From: Massalongia carnosa
Lineage: Eukaryota
Direction: 5' to 3'
Assembly: GCA_965645245.1 (NCBI GenBank)
Contig: OZ287069.1
Coordinates: 310,001-374,000 of the forward strand
DNA: 64,000 nt
Shown here: positions 50,894 through 62,672 of the stretch, piece after piece
Layout of the letters: each line of letters starts with the position of its first letter
How positions within the stretch are numbered: the first letter of the stretch is position 1
Translations under genes and position numbers: made by a program
The notes under the pieces: model-generated
What the model was told of the DNA's origin: nothing
Seen by the model: the letters and a program-made list of their open reading frames with translations, nothing else
Databases searched by the model: none

Positions 50894-51967
50894 TGTCACA
50901 TTAGGAGTCCAATGATCCTATCCATGTGGTGGAACAGTGTTTTGCTATCGACTATATGACATGATAATCTGACGAAACGAACACAAGGAGGAAAACAGTA
51001 ATTGCTCGCAGAGATTTCCTATAACTCCTGAAAATAGACACTAAGCCCAACTCGGTAAGCTCGCAGTCTAACCACAACGATCATCCGCCGGCACTAAACC
51101 TTAAAGTCCATCTAGGGCAGCCGTAGATGGACCTGTTCAATGAACCTCCACGTCTCATGTTCACTGTCACGGACAAGGTCCAGATAGGGAGATATGCAAG
51201 AGTTACTATAAAGCTAGGTCTAGGGATAGTATACAAGACGTCCGACGAAGAGCTCCAAACACCTGAGAAACCACATAGGTTTTATAGCCATGGCTTCCAA
51301 CTCCCCTATTCTTGACTTGCCCTCATCTCTATTCCTGTTCTAATTTCCTAACCATGATCGCTTTGACCTGTTCCGCCTTTCTCCATGCCGAAGCAATCTC
51401 TCTCTGCTGGGCAATCCCAGTCGTAGGCTTGGATAGTGGAGACGTTGAGATTGGATTCGGGATATAGGAGTTTGGGAGTGCAGTGAAGGCAGCGGAAGAA
51501 CGTCTGAACACATGGGGTGAGGTTTCAGGATAATTCAGAATAACGGGCCACGGTTCCATTCAACATGCAGGGCAGGTTTCACGGCAAGAGAGCCTGTTAA
51601 ATACTAACCCGATCAGGAAACGTGGGAGGGTGCGAGGTAATTCCATGACATGCACACCATGTGTTGAATATTCAACATTCAACTCCTACCAGTATAGTGA
51701 ACACCTACCAGTTCAATGAACATAGCACCTACGACTGCCCAAGATGGACAGAAGCACCCACAGAAATCGTAGATGCCGTATTAGGCTTAGTCTAGAGATT
51801 AGATAAGATCGGCTCGGATAATCTTATCACCTCGCTTAGCAGAGGGTGACCAGTTATGGGACAAAGACTACTAAATAGCACTCTTCATCCTTAACATCAC
51901 GGTCATACATACCATTTTTATCATAGTCATATAGCCATAGTCATATACCTATTTCAACACCATGACA
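50894..51967. mobile_element. Solo LTR (family A, about 583 bp net) inserted in the Tc1 transposase; contains LTR B
   Basis: TGTCACA...CATGACA termini; TSD CGTGC/TGTGC. Removing it restores AKIVQAVTGVS. Confidence 0.8.
51165..51650. mobile_element. Solo LTR (family B, copy 2) nested in LTR A
   Basis: TGTCA...TGACA termini, near-identical to 5279-5764; TSD TTCAC/TGCAC. Confidence 0.85.
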
Positions 51968-52173
51968 TGTGCAAGCAGTGACTGGAGTCTCCACAAGATC
52001 GATTTCAGCTCTCAAAATCAAAGCACGACAGCGTGGTATGATCCAGCTGTATCTCGTGTTTTAAAAGTAGCATAAATAGAAGATGCACCTCGTTCAGGAC
52101 GACCGAAAAAGGTTACACCTGAGGTAGAGCAAGCTATATTGAATAATGTATTGCAAGATCGAAATAGCAGGGA

Positions 52174-52425
52174 TGTCATGGTGTGAGCGCGGGATGCTCT
52201 GCTTAGCGATACCTCCCGACACGCTAAATGTTTTAAGTATCGCGTTAGCCTTAGTGGGGAGCTAACCGCATTCAGATAAGGAAATGGGTTCCGGGAGTTA
52301 CATGGAAAATCTCTGCAGCAATTGATGCTTTCTTCCTTGTGTTCGTCTTGTCTATCTAGTATAGTCATAGCTAGCAATGCCACCACCTTCACCACCTGAA
52401 TAGGCCCCGTTGCCGCCTCGTCACA
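52174..52425. mobile_element. Solo LTR (family C, 252 bp) inserted in the Tc1 transposase
   Basis: TGTCA...TCACA termini with a perfect 5-bp TSD AGGGA. Removing it restores DRNSREKSSA. Confidence 0.85.
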
Positions 52426-53183
52426 AGGGAAAAATCTTCAGCTATGATTGGCTTTGATCATAAACTCTCCTTCACTGCTATACTTCGTACGCTTAAACAG
52501 AATGGGTTTCGCCCCTGTAAAAGCACGAAAAAGCCAGGTCTAGATTCGATCATGAAAGAGGCTCGTCTGCAATTTTGTTTGCGATATCAGCTCTAGACTA
52601 TTGATGATTGGAAGAGCGTTATATGAACTGACGAAACAAGCATTATATTGTGTTCTAGACGTGGAAGAAGACTTCAGTGACGTACCTCGAAAGAAATGTA
52701 TGCTAAAACGGGTATTCGACGTAGATGGAAAGGATGCTCCGAGTTTTTGTTTTGGGGCAGTTTTTCGTACGATAAGAAAGGACCTTTTCATATCTGGAAA
52801 ACAGAGACTGCAAAAAAGAAAAGAGAGGCTCAAATTGAGTTAGTTAAACTCAATGAGACTTTAGAATCAGAAGCTAAAGAGAATTGAAAGTTAGAAACCA
52901 GCATGAAACGAATGAAACTACGTAATCCAGAAGATCGAAAACCTATCTGAAAATGAAATAAATCACACGATAAAGTCGTTCGAGATGGCAAAGAAGGAGT
53001 GAACTGATATCGTTATCAAAAACTCGTCTTAATTCCTAAGCTTCTTCCGTTTGCAAAAGAATGTATGATAAATCGACCAAACACTATCGTACAAGAAGAC
53101 AAGGCCTCCAGTCACGCATCCAAACAACAAAATCAGATCTTTATGAATTTCAACGTCATGCGTCTGTTATAGCCTGAAAATTC

Positions 53184-54840
53184 CGAGATGCTTAGGGACA
53201 GTTCCCCCCTCGACCGCCCCCCCCCCCTGTGTAAATCTTTACTAGTAAACAGCCTTTTTACTACTCATCCAGGGTGCGTACAAGCTAGCAGTTACACTAC
53301 GTATTAATAATGTTGCTGTTACTGACTAAGTGTATTCAACACCTACAAATCTACCTATTGCGATGACTTCAACTCCAAAAACTCGTCAGCCAATTGCGAT
53401 ACATCATCTTTTCTAGGCTTCATGGTTTTAGCCACCTTTCTCATCGCCGTTTCCTTTCTCGCTTGAGCCCTAGCCTGTTTGACTGATTTCTCGACTCTTT
53501 GCAACTCCAACTGAGCCTTTGATTTCTTCGCCACACCCCGAGACCTTCGCGTTGTTGCAGAGGAAGTAGGGAGAATTTAACTGGCGCGCACGTTTTGGCT
53601 AAGACTATAAAGAGATGGAGGCGGCGCTGCCTGAGGTAGGGCTTTTTGACTATGCTTAGCAAGCACATCGTCAATATCTTCGAGCGAATCCGACGAGGCT
53701 TCTGATGTAAGAATAACATCATTATCGTCATCCGAAGGAAGCATAGGATCCATAGAACGACCGAGAATGGGCTGAGTGCTTATATACTGCACCTCGTCAT
53801 CGTCGTCGGAGACGATAGACGCGTTTTCGATTCTCTCCATAACTAAGTTTTCTCCTAAACCTATTGTACCCAATATTAGCCGACCCGAGCGCAATAACTT
53901 TGCAACATCGTGAATTTTACCTTCTGTTTCACCTTCAACCTCATCGTCGCCCCCAGCACGCAATCTATTATATCTGAGCCTCCTCCCTTGTTCAATAGAG
54001 TCCCTTCGCCTAGTACGTCGCTGTTCAGTTTCTCCAGCCTCAGCTGCCTCGCGACCAGTGTAGGCACGTCGACGACTCCCTCCTTTCTTATACATGAGGT
54101 TTTCTTTGGGCCGAATTTCGTCGGGGAATGTGGTGGGGATGAGAGGTCTTACCAGCTCCTTCTTTTGCCATTTCTTATTGAACTTTTCAACGATGTGAGC
54201 ATGCTCGCGAGCATACTCCTCCCTTCGATGAGAATCTTCTATTGATTGATGCAGGTCAATAGATTGATATGCCACAGAATGTAGCAAATCAAGGCCCCCG
54301 CGGCGAAATCTATCCTCATTCAACACGCCTTCTTCGAGCTCGACCTCATCCTTATCCGCCTCAATCTCTCCCGTCCCTTCGACCTCATCGACGATCTTTT
54401 CGACCTCGGGCTCCGAGCCGCGAGCGAGATCGAAAGGTCATTTGCCAAGAGACCGCCTAAGGTGGGCCATCAAAAAACCAGCGGGGGTGGATGAGGGAAA
54501 CGGGAATAGGGACCCAGTCGATGATGCATTTATACAACCAGCATTTGCATGGGAGACCGTACCTTAAAGGCAATTCACAATCATAAACACAGCTTCCACC
54601 ATCAGGGACAATAGAAAGGATTCGTTCAGCTAATGATTTGGCGGCATCGAGTTCTCTTGAAACGAGGCCAATGGCATGATGCGTAATTTTCCCAATGAGT
54701 AGCGTAAAAGCATTTCTATCGATCAATCTAGGATTGCGTATTCGCTGTTGATTGCACAAAATCTCCTGATCTAATTATTTTTTCCGCACCTCATCACATA
54801 TTTTCTGCACTGATTGTCTTATAGGCAAGGGCAAATGGTA

Positions 54841-54873
<33 letters not shown>

Positions 54874-55080
54874 ATGCTTTATCAGACCGAGTAGGGTAAT
54901 TATTAGTAGCAATAACACGTCATACGATTTAAACCGAAAAGAGTTTAATGTGCTGTTGGCAGTTGCATTACTAGCTTGTACGCACCCTGGATAAGCAGTG
55001 AAATGGCTGTTTACTAGCAAAGATTTACACAGGGGGGGGGACGGTGGACGGTCGGGGGGAGACTGTCCCTAAGCACCTCG
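53184..55080 (-). mobile_element. Mutator-like element (MULE family A), internally deleted
   Basis: ~110-bp imperfect TIRs CGAG(A/G)TGCTTAGGGACAGT...; perfect 9-bp TSD TGAAAATTC; retains only the C-terminal SWIM-like part (CVYDCELPLRYGLPCKCWL). Confidence 0.9.
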
Positions 55081-56278
55081 TGAAAATTCTCCTGATCTGA
55101 ACATGATCGAGCCTTGTTGATTCTGAATGAAGCGAAGAACCACTCGATTAGATGCTCCGCGGACTCGTATTGAGGCTAAAAAGGCCTGGACAAAGTGCTG
55201 AAAGAAGGAGTTGACGCAGAAAAGAATTCAGTCTTGGATTGAACGTATAAAGCGTCATGTTGACGAAATGATAATGTTGAACGGAGGTAACGAGTATAGA
55301 GAAGGTAGAGAGATCGGAGTCGTACGACCGTATAATAAAGAAGATCGCCGTGTTCGATATCATCGCGCTCATCTCAAACGAGAAAGCACTAACAGCGATG
55401 AGTGTGAGTGATAAAGATGATGGAGGTGATAATTCTGAATAGCTTCATGCGCTTATTCGATGGATTGATATTTAATAAATATCTATCCATGCAAATATAC
55501 CCATGTAAAGTGGCTTTTTTAGCTGCATATTTAGCGTTATCAAGGACTTTCAGCGTCATCCTTCGTACATACACAGTAACCACATACAAAGTACCCCCAA
55601 CGGTGTGTGTGTATGTCGCCACTCGCTATCAACCTTCATCCTCGCCCTTCATTACCAAACTTTGCTCCCAAAGTCCTCACCCGCCCCATAGGTTCGATAC
55701 GAGGCATGGCGTCGCCAGCCAGAATCGGGAGAAATGCTACCGTTTTGCCTTCAGCGGCAGCTAAATGTTAGTCGCTGAAAACCCCTCCGTATGCCGTTAC
55801 TCCCATATCTCCCCTCGTTCCTTCTACAATCGCAGAATGATCGGTGAGGTAATTCCTCGTCGCTCGCGGCTGTACATAGGTACAGTGCTGTCCCCACTTT
55901 TTCTGGCTTTCCCTCCACTTTCTCTGGACTTTTCGGTGGGAACGTTGTGTTCTCGTCTTTTTCATATCTTCATCGTTATGCACGTAGTCTTCTCATCGGC
56001 TTAGTACCTGGGGGTCGAATCTCAGCTGTCAAGTGGTGGTTTGTGGCACGAACAAGTCCCTTTCACCCGTGCACTAACATGGTCTTCGGTTTGCACGCCA
56101 TGCCTGGAAACTCGTTGTAAACTTCACAATTTGCCCCAACCCGGGCACGGAGACGCAGCGATTCCCCCAACAGCCGCAAATCGGTAACCGCATGATTTCG
56201 TGCTTCTGTCTTTGTGTATCAATTGTTAAACGGCATCATCGCAACGGGTACACCCGTGTGCATTTCACCTGAGATCAT

Positions 56279-59044
56279 ATGGCATCTTCCGGCTACCCTA
56301 ATATCCCGCCTTCTGATCCTGAAGAAACCTCTGTGGATCACACCGCGAAAACGAGTGCGTCTCCCGTAAAGGGCAGCTCGAGGCCTCCAAGAGAAAAACA
56401 TCGAGTCAGGTTCACGCCCGGGGGGGAATCCTTGGATGACAGAAACGTTCGAGCCGTCTTTGATGTCGAAGACGGGGTAAGTCCGGCCGCTGGAAAGAGA
56501 GCAACGACACGTATGCCCCGGCCACAGGTGAAACCACTTCATACGCCTGATGATACCTTAAGCTCGAAGGCCCAGCGCTCAGACTCTCTGATCTCTCTTG
56601 ACATCACAAACTTGTGCCCTCAAGATACTCTTGCAGAAGCGCGCCCTTCCTTTAAGAGATCTTCATTGGTGGACCCGGAAGTGAGCGACAATCAGGATGA
56701 GCTTCACGGCGAAGCAGAGGATGAATTCGCTGCGGAGAAGGCAGTCTCTCAGCGCTTTGCTCAGGAAAGAGCCGAACGACTTTCATCTAGCATAGCAAGT
56801 CACTCTGACCCCGGCGGGAATGTACTACCGCCGCGCAGATCACCCCGCGGTACTTCGCCTTCGTCCAACCCTGCCGGCTTACCCCTTGATTTCAACAACA
56901 TACCCTTGGAGAGACTTCAAAGCCGAAGAAAATTTGGAATCGAGGATGATTCAGACGAAGACGACGAGGTTGATTATTCAAGACCAACCCAGAAGCAGAA
57001 TCGATTCAAAGCTGCTGCGCGAAAACTTGTGCGGCACCATACATCAAAGGATTCCGGTGCTTCATTTCGAGTCCAGGCTTCCTCACTAGGCCTGCAATCA
57101 GGCCAAGTTACGCCTGTGTATGAGCAAAAGGCCGACGGTTACGTTCCTAGACCCACAGAATATCGGGAGGGCTTTCTTTCCTCAATCCTGAAGCTATACG
57201 GCGATCAGGGGGCAGGGCCAGTCCTTGCCGCCATTCCTGGCGGTCGCACTGCAGTTGCTCGTGCCAGTCGCCAGAATAGTATCGGGGAGTCTCCGAGAGA
57301 TTCGCCGTCGTCCAGAGAAGCACCCAGTCACTCCCCGGGATCATCAGGGCACAGCACTCCCAAACTTCAGCATCAAAAATGGTACCAAACAGCCAGTCCT
57401 GGATCGACGGGATCCATTGCGAATTTGGTAAGCTCCACAACTATGCTTGCGCAGCCTGCAACGCCGAGGGCGGCATCGGATCACTCTTCCGCGATAAAGC
57501 CTGCTCCGAAGCAAAGGCTAAGCGCTAATGGGCCGTTGGATATGATTTTTGGGAGAGGAAAAGAGCGAAAGGTTGAGGAGACCATTCGCATTGAGAGACA
57601 CATTGCCGAAACTCTGAGTCGGCAAACCTATCTCAAAGATCTCTGCAAAGCTTTGATACAGTATGGAGCCCCAACTCATCGTCTCGAAGGCAAGCAAGAC
57701 ATTCCATGCATCCTTGCATTCGTTTAACCCTCGGTACAGAATACATGCGCATGTCGTCCAGAGTCTTGGAGATTGACGGTCAGTTTTTGTATATTCCCGG
57801 TTGTATGATCATATCCTTCGATGACAAGGCGTCACATACCGCCGAGGTCTCCCTGGTTCGCGCCGCTCAAGGAGTCGATCTCGGGAGATTGCGAGATGTT
57901 CATGAGATCTACAAAGAGGTCGTGCATGACCTGGTTGGGGTTGATGACGCGATGCTTCGATTGGACGAACTGATGAAGAAAGCGCCTAGATACGGGCCGT
58001 GGCTTCGCGTGCTTGTATATGGTTTGGCAAGCGCGTGCGTTGGGCCGTTTGCGTTTGACGCTCGTCCTATCGATCTCCCATTTGCGTTTGTTCTGGGTAG
58101 TCTGCTGGGTTTCATGCAACTAATCCTTGCGCCAAAATCCGACTTGTATGCCAATATTTTTGAGATCTCGGCCGCCGTCTTCACAAGCTTCTTCGCTCGC
58201 CTTTTGGGATCACTCCCAGGTGGACACTTTTGCTTTTCGGCGCTTGCGCAATCTGCCATTGCGCTCATTCTTCCTGGCTACACTGTCCGTGAGTAATTCC
58301 GGCGGGCTTCCCTTCGTCCCTCGGTCAGCTGACTGTCTAGTTTGCGGCTCGCTTGAGCTTCAGTCTCGCAACATCGTCGCTGGTTCCGTCCGTATGGTCT
58401 ACGCCATCATATACTCGCTCTTCCTCGGCTTTGGCATTACCATCGGCACCTCATTTTACGGAGGGATCTACAAAAATGCCACATCTGCGGTGACTTGCAG
58501 CAATCCGGTGCAAGCGGTGTGGTATCCCTTCATATTCGTCCCGCCTTTCACCCTCTGCCTTATCATCATCAACCAGGGCCAGCGGAAGCAAATGCCAGTG
58601 ATGATCATTCTCGCCTTCATCGGCTACGTGGTCAATCACTTCTCCGCTCTCCGCTTCGCCTCCAACGCTCAGATCGCGAACACGCTGGGCGCCTTCGCCA
58701 TCGGTCTCCTCGGGAACATATATTCCCGATGCTTTCATGGCTTGGCCGCCGCCGCTCTTTTGCCCGCGATTTTCGTGCAGGTCCCTTCGGGCCTGGCGGC
58801 TAGCGGGAGCCTGGTTAGCGGCGTGACGAGCGCAAATCAAATCACGAATCATTCCGTGAGCGGCACCACCACCGTGAGCAACGCAACACAGGCGGGAGCC
58901 GCGAACGTGGATGTCAACACGATGGTGTTTAACGTGGGATACAGTATGATTCAGGTAGCTATTGGGATTACGGTTGGGCTGTTTTTGAGCGCGCTGGTGG
59001 TTTATCCGTTTGGGAAAAAGAGGAGTGGGCTGTTTAGTTTTTGA
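56279..59044 (+). CDS. PRM10: Prm10-like membrane protein (DUF1212/ThrE family), 3 exons
   Basis: LCKALIQYGAPTHRLE/EYMRMSSRVLEIDGQFLYIPGCMIISFDD, AIALILPGYTV/.CGSLELQSRNIVAGSVRMVYA, C-terminal YPFGKKRSGLFSF. Confidence 0.88.
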
Positions 59045-59646
59045 AGCGAAGTAATTTAGAAGGACTTTCTTGGGTGGTTTCTTGGGAACGGCCACAAGAG
59101 TTTTCCAGGATGGGAGAAAGGCGATGATGGTGGGAAAGGTTCCTGGCACTCCTTGCCTAGGGACGTTTGCGGTGTGTTTTTCGTCCTTCGTTGGCACTTC
59201 AGATATGTAACTACATTAACTAATCGTCGAACTTGGTTTAGGTACTCTAATCGAGTATACCTAACAACTGCTGCTACTACTTACTCTACACGTCCCCAAG
59301 ACCATTTCTTCCCCTCTACATTAACACGTCGATGAATTTTTGTAAAAATGAGTACTTAAACCCATCATCACATCGTTCTAGTGATTTCTATTGCGCGTAG
59401 GCAGGTGTCCAACAATCAATTAAAGTCTCCGGGTAAAAAAGTGAAAGCGGGATATGATGTTCTGATTAGTTGGTTTATATATTATTTAGGGGGGAGAACT
59501 ATTTAATACTTGTGTATCAATATCTTCGTCAGGTTAAGTATTTACTCCATGTATTCATACCGCCTAGGATTGGAATCGAATCGGTTTTCATAGGAGTACT
59601 GAAACTAGCATGCCGATCAATACGGAGGAGTATGGAGTACTTCGTA

Positions 59647-61106
59647 CGGAGGATGACACGGAAAGTCCTTGGTAGCGCGCATTAGTGCTATTTTAGCGTC
59701 ATGCAGAAGAGACACTAAAAATCAAATAGGGGGTTATTATAAACATCGTACATTTGGGACTGTACAGCATCTTTCATTTATTATATATCGTTAAATAAAA
59801 TTTTATATGCCTCAAATCATGACATCGAGAACTCAGAGTAATAGTCTAACCATTGGACAAAGATTACAAGCATTATCAATGATTGAACACGGCATATCAG
59901 CCAAAGTCGTTCAAGCAATTACCGAAGTCTCCATTCAGTCTATTAGCTCTCTCAAACGCAAGGCTCGAGATCGAGGATATGACCCCACAGTTTCACGGGT
60001 TCTGAAGGTAGAATATGTATGTGCAAGATGCGCCTCGTTCGGGACGTCCTTTCAAAGTGACGCCTGCAATAGAACAGGCTATCTTGAACGTTCGTCATGA
60101 TCGAAACGGTAGAGAAAAATCCTCGGCCGTTTTGGGATATGAACACGGAGTTTCATCTACAGTCATTCTCGGTGTCCTTCGACGCAACAATTTTCGTTCC
60201 TGTAAATTTACCATGAAACCGGGCCTTAATTCAGCGATGAAAGAGGCTCGATTGCAGTTTTGTTTGCGTTATCGTCACTGGACGCTCGAAGATTGGAAAA
60301 ATTTTATATGGAGCGATGAAACCAGTGTTATGTTAGGCTCTCATAGGGGGCGAAGACTTCAATGGCGTACTTCGAAAGAAAAATATGCTCAGACGTGCAT
60401 TCGACGTAGATGGAAAGGATGTTCCGAGTTCATGTTTTGGGGTTGTTATTCGTATGAAAAGAAAGGTCCTTTTCATATATGGAAGCCGGAGACTGCATCA
60501 GAAAAACGGGCTGCTGAAACAGAAATTGACAAAATCAATAAGACGTTAGAGCCTTTAGCGAAAGCAAGTTGGGAACTGGAGACAGGCATGAAACGAATGG
60601 GACTGCGTAACAAAGGAGGCCGAAAACCAACCTGGAGATGGGATGAAAAGCATGGAAAGTGGTTCGAAAAGGCAAAGGAGGCATCGATTGGTATCGATAT
60701 CAAAAGATCATTCTTCTTCCTAAACTTCTTCCATTTGCCAAAGAATGTATGAAAGATCATCCCGATACTATTGTGCAAGAGGACAAGGCTCCCAGTCATG
60801 CTTCCAACCATCAAGACCTTGTCTTTATGGATGCAGGAGTCTTGCGTCTGCTGTGGCCGGGTAATTCTCCCGATTTAAACATGATCGAGCAATGTTGGCC
60901 TTGGATGAAAAGACAAACCACACGAAAAGGAGCACCTCGAAATCGTATTACGGCTGCCAAAGCATAGACTCAGTGCTGGATCAAAGATCTCAAACAGGAA
61001 CAAATTCAGCATTGGATAGAACGAATTCCACGACATATCGAGAAAGTCATTGCTTTGAATGGGGGAAACGAGTATCGAGAAGGTCGAGACAACGGTATAA
61101 TTCGAC
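59647..61106 (+). mobile_element. Tc1-like (DD34E) transposon copy 2; left end and transposase, right end not in window
   Basis: TA|CGGAGGATGACACGGAAAGTCCTTG TIR. Transposase from 59807 has WSDETS and QEDKAPSH-X-SPDLNMIE (34-aa spacing), two frameshifts and a TAG at 60964. Confidence 0.9.
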
Positions 61107-62672
61107 CGAGGTGCTTAGGGACAGTCCCCCCCTGACCGTCCCCCCCCCCCCTGTGTAAATCTTTGCTAGTAAACAGCCATTTCACTGCTTATCCAGGGTG
61201 CGTACAAGCTAGTAATGCAACTGCCAACAGCACATTAAACTCTTTTCGGTTTAAATCGTATGACGTGTTATTGCTACTAATAATGACCCTACTCGGTCTG
61301 ATAAAGCATACCCTCACCCCCACCCTCACCCTCACCCTCACTTACCATTTGCCCTTGCCCTTGTCCTAACCCTTTGCCCTCCCTAAATCTCCCCTTCCAC
61401 TTATGCTATACCTCATATGATATATTTTACTACTCCTCATCGCGATGGAGTTCGATCCCACTTCTTTGGATGCACGGAAGCAACATGCCATTGCCCTTCT
61501 ACCCCCACCTCACCTCCTCCCTCCGCAAGAGAATGAGTTATTTTCGTCTTGGGAGGAGGCAAAGACTCGTCTTCAAGACTATGCCTTCACCCAAGGCTTC
61601 GCGTTGGTCACAGAAACTCACGATAAGAAAAACCATTTAATCGTATTAGACTGCACACGCCACCACAAAAGAGTTAGAAACACTAGAAAAGTAGAGGAGG
61701 AAGACCGGGTGCGAGCCAATACCAAAGTTTCGTTCAATGAGTGCCCTTATCGCCTCCGTCTCAAAAAAAACAAAGACAATGCATGGAGACTAATAGTCAC
61801 TAACTCCGAGCACAATCATGAGATGGCCACAGATCCCTTTGCATTCAGAGAACATCATAGTAGGGACCCTGATCGAACAGATGCCCTAGATCAAGGGAAG
61901 AGTCTCCGTGCATCGTCAACCCAATATGGCTAAGCAGCGAGAATATTAGGAATCCAAGGACTCCGTCAGTCGAGGAGCGATTATTATAATCTCGCTCATT
62001 CGGAGGGAGCTCACACGCCTGAAGAAGAGCTTCTTTTTGCCTTGGGCTCGTTGAAAGACAGGGGCTTTCATGTACGGTGTAAGGAAAAATATATTGTTAA
62101 GAATAATGTGCGTGAGAGACGGGTGATAGAACAATTTTTTCTTTGCAATGCAGAGCAAATTAGGCTGGCTCGACGTTTCATGGGTGGGTTTTTATTTGAA
62201 ACGGATGCAACGTTCAATACTAATAAATTGAACTTGCCTTTATCCGTTTTGGTTGGAATCACTAACATCGACCTTTCGTTTCCCGTCGCTTATTGCTATA
62301 TAACTTCTGAATGGGCCGAATGTTTCACTTTTATTTTCGAATGTATGAAAGAGTTGATTTTTCATGATGATTGCCCCGGGCCTGGGGTGATTCTCGGGGA
62401 TTTTGTAGCTGGGTTGAATGTAGCCATGCAAAGAAAAGCTAAAGCTCCGGCAATTGATCTCGATGCTGCATTGACCATTGCAAGAGAGGTCGCCGAAAAT
62501 CTAAACCAATCAACGATGAAAGCGGGCGAGGAGAGATGCGTTTTGCAGCTGTGCACGTGGCATGCAGCCGAGGCAATAAAAAAACGACTGATCAAGGCAG
62601 GAAAATATCCAAGAAGTGCGCAAAAAGCTGGAGACTCTGATTTGAGATTATATAAAATCCCTCACTACTGAT
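61107..62672 (+). mobile_element. MULE family A copy 2 (5' half), inserted in Tc1 copy 2
   Basis: TIR and 5' region nearly identical to the reverse complement of 54823-55080. FAR1-like N-terminus (LQDYAFTQGF..C..HH..CPYRL..HNH) and MULE domain (FETDATFNTNKLNLPL...QLCTWHA); stop at 61931. Confidence 0.88.

Larger units (their letters stand above)
50615..55565 (+). mobile_element. Tc1-like (DD34E) transposon copy 1, hypermutated, with nested insertions
   Basis: TA|CGAAGGATGACGCTGAAAGTC...GACTTTCAGCGTCATCCTTCG|TA. Transposase pieces (from ATG about 50803) are colinear with copy 2: TDET, QEDKASSH, SPDLNMIE. Confidence 0.9.

Noticed and set aside
5279..51650. One giant LTR or composite element bounded by the two 486-bp direct repeats
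   Set aside because: The second copy has its own TSD and is nested in another LTR, the outer flanks do not match, and the interval holds core genes with no gag/pol.
52560..55240. TGA-as-Trp genetic code or organellar origin of Tc1 copy 1
   Set aside because: TAG stops and GGN->GAN changes at Gly codons occur as well, which points to G-to-A mutation rather than recoding.
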